From Amoebophrya sp. A120 (Eukaryota > Protista > Dinoflagellata), in the NCBI GenBank assembly GCA_905178155.1, contig CAJINV010000009.1, positions 2,767,373 to 2,831,372 of the forward strand: a stretch of 64,000 nucleotides of DNA, given 5' to 3'. Both the position numbers and the translations under genes were made by a program. The notes under the pieces are model-generated. The model was not told the origin of the DNA and did not search any database. It saw nothing but the letters and a program-made list of their open reading frames with translations. Of the stretch, positions 54,101-63,100 are shown piece after piece. The first letter of the stretch is position 1. Each line of letters starts with the position of its first letter.

Positions 54101-57100
54101 AAAGTTGAAATAGTTTGCCATGCAGAAAATGGATGCCAGCTGTAACCCAGTTTCCAAGTGTCGCATGACAAATTTGAGCAGAACCGAAATCCCGTTTGTC
54201 ATGCTGTTTGCATAAGGAAGACGCCTTTTGTCATGCTACTTTAGCAGCTCAGTTTCTACCCCTCAATAGGCTTACAATCAGCCTCATTTGGCTACTCTGC
54301 AAGACAGTCACTTTGTGGGTTGCGTTTTATGCATGCCAAATCATTAACTTTGTCAATTTCAATCCTGACGCTTCCATACAGTCCCTCGACCTCGTAAACA
54401 GGGGCGGAGTGCTATCCTGAGCAAAAACGTCCCCAACCCATAGGCAACAAGATGGTAAATCTGCAACAGAAATTTCAAAGTTTTACGAGATGCGCATGAC
54501 AAGTTTCCATCTGCAGTGTAGTGCTGGTTAGCAAGAAGAGCCGCATGAGCAGGAAGCCACTTTATCATCCTGTCCACAGCATCACAAACGCAAAAACACG
54601 ATTGGAAATAACTGTCATGGAGATTGGCATTACAAATCTTCCTATCATGGCGGATACGTTTTTGCACAGGATAACTGCGCCCCCACCTCCCCGAACGGGG
54701 CGAAGACTATACGCGCCTGGAGCAGTTTATGGCGTTCTCAAACGTTACACTCTGAGCCGTTGCATGGATTTGTCATGCCAAACTAGATGATCAGGAGCTG
54801 GTAGATGATCAAGCTGCTTCGCATGACGAATCTCCGAAGCAGCAGGGCTCAACAGCATCTAAATCCGTGCCAAATCTGTGATGCGAAAGCAGCAAGCTTG
54901 CACCTTTGACTGTTCTTGCGGCTCTTGCATCACAAATTCATGTAACAATTGAGAATGTAACGTTTGAGAACACGATACAGTTCCGCGTACCTGCCCCTGG
55001 GCGAACTATCCTGTACAAAAGTGTCGCACTCGTATTGCAATCTTCATGCTCAGTCATGCATTACAAATCCTTTTGCTATATGTAAATCCGCATTACAAAT
55101 TTTATTTCTCATGCTGAGGAAATTTGTCATGCATTTATACGAGTACGATACTGATTTTGCAGTTCATACGAACACACCTGGAAATATTCCCCCCACCGAA
55201 AGGTAAACTTGTTCGTTGCGTCGCGGACGTACAGAGCCCGACACCTGGCACGCCAGTCCGCGCCTGGCTCGAACACCTGCAACAACGCCACGGCGACAGG
55301 TTCGTCTGCAGTCAAGAGCAGGAGCTCCACACCGACGAAGGGCAGTTCGCGGGGCCGCGCAGTGCCACCCTGCACCGAGTCCAGCACTATCCACTGTAAA
55401 TTTCCTGCACACGTACAAATGCGGTCTCTGCATGGCAAGACTTGGCTTCGATCCTAGTTTAGCACGACAAGTTTCATCACACTCCAAATTGGAAAAAAAT
55501 CTGTGATGCGACCTTGTACATGTACGGGAGATTTGTATTGCATAAGCACATAGAAAATCGCATTGAAGAACGCCCGGGCTTTGATCTTGTTCATATCAAA
55601 TGTCAAAGTGTCTGGGTCTGCGTCTGGAAACTTGTGACGCTGGGTGGCGTCTCATGATGAGGCCACAAATGCTGGCCCAGCATGACAAGTTTCTGAGCTT
55701 CTAGGTGCTGCCTACAATTCTGCATGACAAACTGCGTTTCTGCATCACAGAAGAATGGAGCTCTTGGGTAACGTGCATGACAGATTTAAGAGTCATGCCA
55801 GACAAGCATGACAAACATGCATTCTTCCAGACCCAGACATTTTTCCAGTTGATAGTTCATCCGGAGACGTAACTCGACATCCTGACTCTCTGCTTCCAGT
55901 TTCTCCCATCTCATATTTTTCAAGTAATACGGTTGGTCCAAAAGTAAAATGTAGTTCAGCATTTCTTGGTCCCATTCCATGGCAATCCGCATCGGCTTGA
56001 GAATCGGCTGTGCTATTCGCTTCGCGAGCTGAAAGATTCCCCGGTCCTCAATGCCTCGTTTGATATGAAACTTTTGCTTCATCTCCTGCTGTGCCCGCCT
56101 GAACAACAAATTTTCGGTGGCCACATCGCCCCTTGCTTCCGGAGAAGGCGCCGCGCCGGCTCTCACCAGATCTAGGGGGCTCACCAGCATAGTGACGTGC
56201 CACCATTCGGTGCGAAATAAGCCATTTTCTTCTTTCGTGCTCCCTCCGGATGCCCGCGACCTCGTCTCCTGGTCCTTCACGTCCGTCCAGAGCCGAATAG
56301 CCTCCAGGTAGATCAACGAGTCCGCTGCATCCTGGTCCACCGGGGTCTTCTATGAACTGCAAAAGTATCGTACTAGTATAAATCGCATGACAAATTAGCT
56401 CAGCTTGACAAATTAATTTGTCATGCTGTTTTACCTTGGGATGAAGATTTGTAATGCATGACTGCGATTACTACGAGTGCGATACTTTTGCACAGGATAT
56501 CTTCAAGGGTACGGCAACATCGACATCCCCCCCCAAGAGGCCGATCAGGTAGGCCTGAGCCTGCCACACATAAAAACCGATCCCGTGCTGCGAATCGCCT
56601 TCGTCCTCGTCCGGCTGCACCACATTTGGCCAGAGCCGGATGTGGCAGTTGATCCGCGGCACCACGGGCATGGTTTCAAACGCTGTGAAATACCGTGCGG
56701 TGGCCTGATTCCCGGGATGAGGATTGTACGCCGGCGGCTTCTGCGCGGACCAACCCGGAATCTTGTACAAGACTCCCTCGCGGACAGTCCGCGCCCAGCC
56801 CAGCGTCTTGGTGAGTGCATACGTGATCCCCGGCCTGGCGCGAACCGGAAGAATCACGCCCAGCAGTGCGTCCGCGGGATTGCTCTGGAAATGCATCTCG
56901 TGCAGCTGTTTGTAGCGAACCCACCAGAACATCAAGAAAAAATGATCCTCGAGGCGGCGGTGAGAGTTAAAATGGGGCGGCAGACCCACGGACTGCATTC
57001 ATCGCAAATATGTCTGGGTCGGGAAAGAATGGGATTTGTGACGCGGTCTCTGGATCCTAAAAAAATTTGCATTGCATGACCAGAAAGAGGGGCCCAGTTT

Positions 57101-60100
57101 GTGCTACCCGGCGGGAAGGACATTTGTCATGCGGAGTAGGTATCGTTCTACCAGGAAGCCCCCTAAAAAAAAAAATCTGTAATGCTAGGTCATGCATTAC
57201 AAGCATCGCGGCCGTGGGTAGTTATGCAAAATATGCATGACAATGACAAATCTTCTGGCAATCATCTACTTCACCAGACCCGACATATTTACATTTGATA
57301 GACTGCTCGTGGTATCCAATCTTGAACCGGATGTTGGTCCGGATCGTCAACTCCCACGAGTAGACAAAATTCCAGCGGTGCTTATTGCGAGGAACGATCC
57401 CCCCTCTCCATATCAACGCGGGACCTCTGCCGCTGGACTTGCGTACAACACAAATCAGCCCTGTGGGGATGGTTTTGGCCTAGGCGCTCAGCATGACAGA
57501 AGTCTATGCTGTAGGCCCAGCAGCATCAACCCCGCCGGCATAATGCGCGACGTCCTCTGAGTTTGCATTCTTGCAAGATGACGTGCGCGATGGATTTCTT
57601 GTGGCCACAAATAAGCATGACAAATTTCCAAACATATACGACCTTTTCAGTATGGGGAGGAGGGATTTTCTCCGACGATAATGCTCGTACTCCATTCGCT
57701 TCCGGACCGGGTACAACCAAGAGGCGAGAGCGTAGATTCCCAGGAGCGCTGAGACCGTCTCTAGAAGATCCTCGGCCACTAACACCAGCAAGGCAGCCTG
57801 CCCCAATGCAGTGTATCCGCCGTGGAGCACAACTATTTCGTCAGAAAATTCGCCGAGAAAGGGGACATCAGGCAAAATCGGCACGTGCAATTCTGTCTCC
57901 GCGACGCCTTCGGCACTCCACAGATCCACCTTCTTGGCGATGGCCTCGTCCCAATCTTCGTGCATGAACCCCTGCTTGACGCGCTTTACTTTTAGCGTTT
58001 CTACTTCGGGAACGCCTGGGTGGTGAATAACAGTTGCAGGGTGGTGTATCATGTGGACCGCATACCCTTTGTCCGGGTACCAGGTGTCGTCTGGATCCAA
58101 ATTTTTGGGTTGAGCCAACACCTCTCTTCCGTCAGGATGAGTTTCGTGGGCCCATTCCAAAATCCTCGGCTTTTCATAGTGTTCAAAGAAAAAGTTAAAA
58201 AACTTGTCTGGTACTTCATGATTAAAACCGAAATGCTCAACCTGCTGGCCTGCTTTTACAACACAGAAATCTGTGGCACAGGGTGCGAAAGGCTTAAAAC
58301 GTGGCTTGCGGCCTGCGGTAGGAGCTGTGGGCAGTATATTCAACAAACCAAGAGGAGCAACGAGCGCGCCACGACTGCTGCAGAAGGCCCAGGCACAAGA
58401 CGCCGCATCTCGTCGCACATCTTTAAGAACCCGCGGCCAACGACGCAGGCTGAGGTGGTGCAGGCGGCTGGCTGCAACTTTGTTTGTAGCCGCCTCCCGG
58501 GGAGTCATCGGCTATTTCTGTAGACTGTGACTGATAACTCGCGCGGCGCTTCAAAAATAAATGCTATGCGCACACCGGCCGCGGCAAGAGCGTGGGGGAA
58601 GGGCTGACGGTCAGGGCGCTTCATTCTCATCCCCAGGCCGCCGGCCGCAGGCAGGTGCCCGCCGCCAAATAGATTCAGCCTGCTGCGAAGGCGATAGCCC
58701 CACAACAGAACGCCCCGAAAGGTCGCGCGCCAAAGGCAAAGCGAACCAAAAGAAAAACACCCACCGGAACCAAACGCGGCGCAAGCAGGCAGCCGGCCAG
58801 GACGGCCAAGCGGCGCGGCCCCATAGGAGAAGCAAGGCGAAGAGCTGCGGGCCCGGGCCAACGCTAGCGCGACCGACATAGCTGGGGCAGGGGGGGGCTA
58901 CGGCCAGGAGGTGACGCAATGGCAACGAGCCGAGAAAATGCGCGAAACCACCGCGCCGCTTACGCTGTGCGCGTCGTGGCACAGGGCAAACAACTCCCGG
59001 GGACCAAAACCGAATGGGGGCGGCTCATGAAAATGGTTGGCCGAGGCAGGCCATGCTCTTCGCCGGTCGCTTCTTTCCTACCCATCGGCCGAGGACCGCT
59101 TTTCGGAAACAAAACCAAGCCACCGACCCGGCCCGCCGCCCCGCCCCCCGGAGAGACCGGCGCCAAAACCACCCAGCCCGGGCCAACCTGCTCGGCTTTG
59201 GCCTTTTACGGCGCCCAACGTTTGGCAAGCTGCCTAGGTAGCCTCTCAGGTTTTCGCGTAGTTTTCGCGCTTCGATTTGTTCCCGCTTTGCCTTCTAGCG
59301 CTTCGCCGCGAAAGCGCACTGAAGCGAATTGGCGCAAATTTTTTCCCACCTCATAGTCCGCGACCAAATGGCGCAGAGACTAACGCGCGACCAGCGCGCG
59401 CAGATATATCAACGCGACCCGCACCGCGATCAAATGAGCGGGCCCCGGCAGAGAACACCAGATGGAACCAGGGCGGGCGCTGGCGGGGTGAAAGGAAGTG
59501 GCGCAAGACTCCCCAAGCCCGGGCAAACGGAAACCAAAGCGGCAGATGAACAATAAAGCGCGCGCCCGCACCAAGCTGAGAGGGCGGCAAGCAATTCGCC
59601 CAGGGGCCGCCGGCCTGCCGAAAGCCCAGAAGAGGCAGCGGCCCACAAAGGTGGCCACCATGGCTGGGCAAGAACTAGGCCAGCAAGTCCGCGCGTCTTG
59701 CTATGGACCGGAGAACACGATGGCGGGGCACACACGAAAGGGCGCTGAGAAGCACAGAGCACGGCGAGAGAATGCACAGGCCCCAAGGAAACCGAGGCCG
59801 GACCCCCGGTCGCATACATCAGAAGAACACGCCCGCGGCTAGGCCAAGAAAAGGGAAGCGAACCACCAACGCCGCCACTTTTGGCACTGCTGCGCGTACT
59901 TGCCCAAACTTGCAGGGGGGATTGTGCCTCTAGATCTTTGCAAGCCGAGGGCGGCTACATTCAGGCCGATGCTTTGCGCGCCTCCGTCCCAACCATGCAT
60001 CCAAAAAGCGGCAGGCCTCTCTGCCAGGGACCTCGGTTACGTGGGCCAGTACCAGTAGCAGCCCTGTGCCAAGTCTTTACTTTGTGGCACTTCGGTCGCG

Positions 60101-63100
60101 TGAAATATGTGGCGCAGGAGGGCCGGCCGCGCGCTCCGGTCGGACTCGGATGGCGCCACCGGGCGAAGTACTCCTACTAGCTAGGGCACTCAGCGGAAAA
60201 ACTCTAGCACCTTGCTGCAGCCACGCAGCAGATGGAAGGCGCAATAAGGCGCCCTTGCGGTTTATTCCGTCCCCATGGAAAGAGCGGCCCACTTTTCGCG
60301 AGGTCGCTTCCCAAATTGAAATCTGGGAAGCGCGAAGCGCTGGACGAGTGCTGTGGTGCGCAAAAAAAGCCAGCAATACCCGCGAAAGCCAAATCTAAAC
60401 TCTGGAGAGAAGCAGGCAAAACGGGGCACAGTTGCGACCACTGCTGCGCGTTCCTCCCACTTCCCGAAAGCTGGCGTCAGCTGTGCCACGTCCTCAGAAG
60501 TTAGGCTTTGCAGTGGTTCAATGGCGCGCTTTGTGCGCCGTCTGCAGTTAGTATATAAGCTGTCTTCCTTGTAAGTAAATACTTAAAAAGGCGAAACACA
60601 TCCGCGCCGCGACAACTGGGCCTGCGACTCCGTGGGCTGCCTACTTTGAGTCGACATCAGCTTCACAGCTGCGATATAGTGCCTACATGATAAAACGGCG
60701 CACGTGCTGGCTAGCTCTTGTCGTCGGCTTTGTTTTATTCCCTTTGCCTATTCTCACAAACGAAACTCCTTAAGAGCCTCCCTTCTTAAGCCTTTCCCTT
60801 AGGACGCTTCTTAAAAAAGGGGGGGGGCGCGGAATCGATCAGGCCACGCGGCTTTATTTTTGCGCCGGCAGTGGGCTGCGTTTTTCTGTGTGCCTTGGCG
60901 CAAATTTTTACCAGCCAGAAAACCGCGCCCACAGCATGGGCGCTCATCCATGGGGAAAAATGAAGGCGATTTTTTTCAGGGAAATTTTTCAAGGAGCATC
61001 GTTAAGGGCATTCGCAAGGAGATCTTTAAGGGGACTGCTAAGGGCCGGGGGCCCGTCGAGCGGCCCACGCGATTTGGCCAGGAGACTGACAGGGCGCGAA
61101 GCCCTACCATGAACAGCACGGCCGCCAGGGACAACAACAGGGGGGCCAATACCTACGCGCAAGCCAGCCGGCAGGCTACCTACCTAGCACGCGGCCACCG
61201 GAAGGCCCCCTCGCAACAACCAGCAGACGCTACCTGGCGCGCGGCTGGCAACGAACCGGAACGCGGGCGGCAGACGGAGGGCAGCCAGTGTGGCAGCCGA
61301 CAGACTATCGTCGGCCGGAAGGCGAGCGGCAGACAGTCGGCAGGCCAGCGGCGCCCGATATGTAACTAAGGACACGGGCGGCAGCCGGCGGGCCCGCTAC
61401 CCAAAGGCGGCCGGGAGCCTAGCGCCAGCCGCCAGGCTCGCGGCTGTCGGTAGGCGAGCGGCGCCCGGCAAGAACGCGGGCGGCGCCAGAGGCGGCCCCC
61501 AGACTGCCGGCGAGCAGCCGGAAGGCTTGCGCGCGGCAGCCGACAGGCTAAGGACGGGCAGGCGGGCGGCAGGCTAGCAGCGGCCGGCAGGCTAGCGACG
61601 GCTGGGTAGCCCAGCGGCAGCCGGCCGGCTGGAAGCGGCCGGAAGGCTAGCACCGGCGGGCCGGCCCATGGGCTAGCAGCCGCTCGGCCCGCGGGCCAGC
61701 GCCAGCCGGCAGGCCGTCGATGGCCGACAGGCTAGCGGCGGGCGGCTGGTAGGCCCGCGGCAGCCGGCAGGGGGGCAAACAAACAGCGGCCGGAAGGCTA
61801 GCAGCGGCCGACAGGCTAGCGGCGGCCGGAAGGCTAGCTACTTAGCAGCGGCCGGCCCGTGGGCCAACAGGCAGCGGCCGGCCGGTTGGCTAACAGACAG
61901 CGGCCGGCCAGCAGTTTAGCGGCCGCCGGGAGGCCAGCTGCACCCACACAACACGCGCGCCAACGGCAGGCTGGCGGAAAGCAGCCGATAGAGGACTACC
62001 GGAACGCAGGCGGCAGGCTAGCTCCCTCGATGGCGCGGCAGGGGCAAGCAGCTGCCGGCCCGTCCCGCCAGCGGGTGGCGAGTAAGATGGCGGCCCGGCA
62101 GGCTATCCACATAGATAGCGCGGGCGGGGCACCCAAGCTGCTGGCGCGGGGCTGTCGAAAGCCGGCGCGCGAACGCACCCAGCACTTACACTGACACTGG
62201 GCCCCCTCTCCATGTCTCTTTGCAGTTTACTCAGTCACCGACGTACCGGTCGCAACCGACAATCCCAAGCCCAGGCGGGCTCAGCAGGGCTCGCCCCGCG
62301 GCTCCTTACATAAGCTGAGGCCGACTTCGCCATCCCCCTGCGGCGCCTTTCGCGCCATCGCCTACGCCATCACCTCCAGCAGAGCGATGCTACAACTTCA
62401 GGGCGAAATAAAACGTCTCCAATGTTCGCCAGTTGTGTTAGAACCTTTTTCCTGCGCCACAGATTTCTGTGTGGTACCCTTATACGATACGGTGTCGAGC
62501 CTGCGGCCTCCGCCACCGTCTACCCAGTTGTGCCAGGACTGCATCGATATGTCGCGCGTGGCGACATATTCCATACTAGTGTCGCCGTACTTGTTCGTCG
62601 TTTTGACATACTTTACGCCCAGTTCTCGCTCCAGTAAATCGGCCATCTGTCTCCCCTTTGCCGTCGATCGGTCAAACATCGTGTGCCCCTCGGCGTCGAT
62701 CTTTAGACTTCCAAAATGGCCGTAAGGTTCCCAGTCCTCCTCATACTCAAAGTCATCAGGAACCTGTGTCCCCGGAGGAAAGGGGATGGGGTACCCCACG
62801 TAGTACGGGTTAACACGGCTCGGCGCTTTAAGGACGATGTCCTTCTCGGTCCACGGCACTTTTGTCGTTGTCCCAGGGATCTTCTTCGGTGTATCGTAAG
62901 CGGGGACAGTCTCGTCCCAAGGCGCCTCTTTCCATTCCCCAGTCGGAACGGACTCAACGGTCTCCTCCACCTCCACCTCCTCTTCTGGTCTCCTAATGGC
63001 CAGCGCTATTTCGGTGCCGTCCGACTTTGTCAAGGTGCCATCGCGCATGTCGTAGTAGCGCCGCACCTCGTCCGCGTCTGCTACATCTTCATGCGGAACA

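Larger units (their letters stand above)
58257..62476. mobile_element. 4.2-kb TIR-bounded intron/element (family Q)
   Basis: TIR TAC(A/C)ACACAGAAATCTGTGGC(A/G)CAGG at both ends; TSD GCTTT/CCCTT; removal joins YKG|GQQVEH in frame. Confidence 0.85.

Noticed and set aside
447-57680. CRISPR-like alternation of repeats and unique spacers
   Set aside because: The repeats are paired TIRs of 115-360 bp elements, the 'spacers' are in-frame exons of variable length, and no cas genes are present.
58257-58508. Gene start at ATG 58508 and gene end at stop 62398
   Set aside because: Both lie inside the 4.2-kb TIR element, and the flanking exons join in frame across it.
58257-62476. Transposase gene in the large element
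   Set aside because: No ORF with recognisable DDE, HUH or tyrosine-recombinase motifs; the ORFs there are short GC-rich low-complexity frames.
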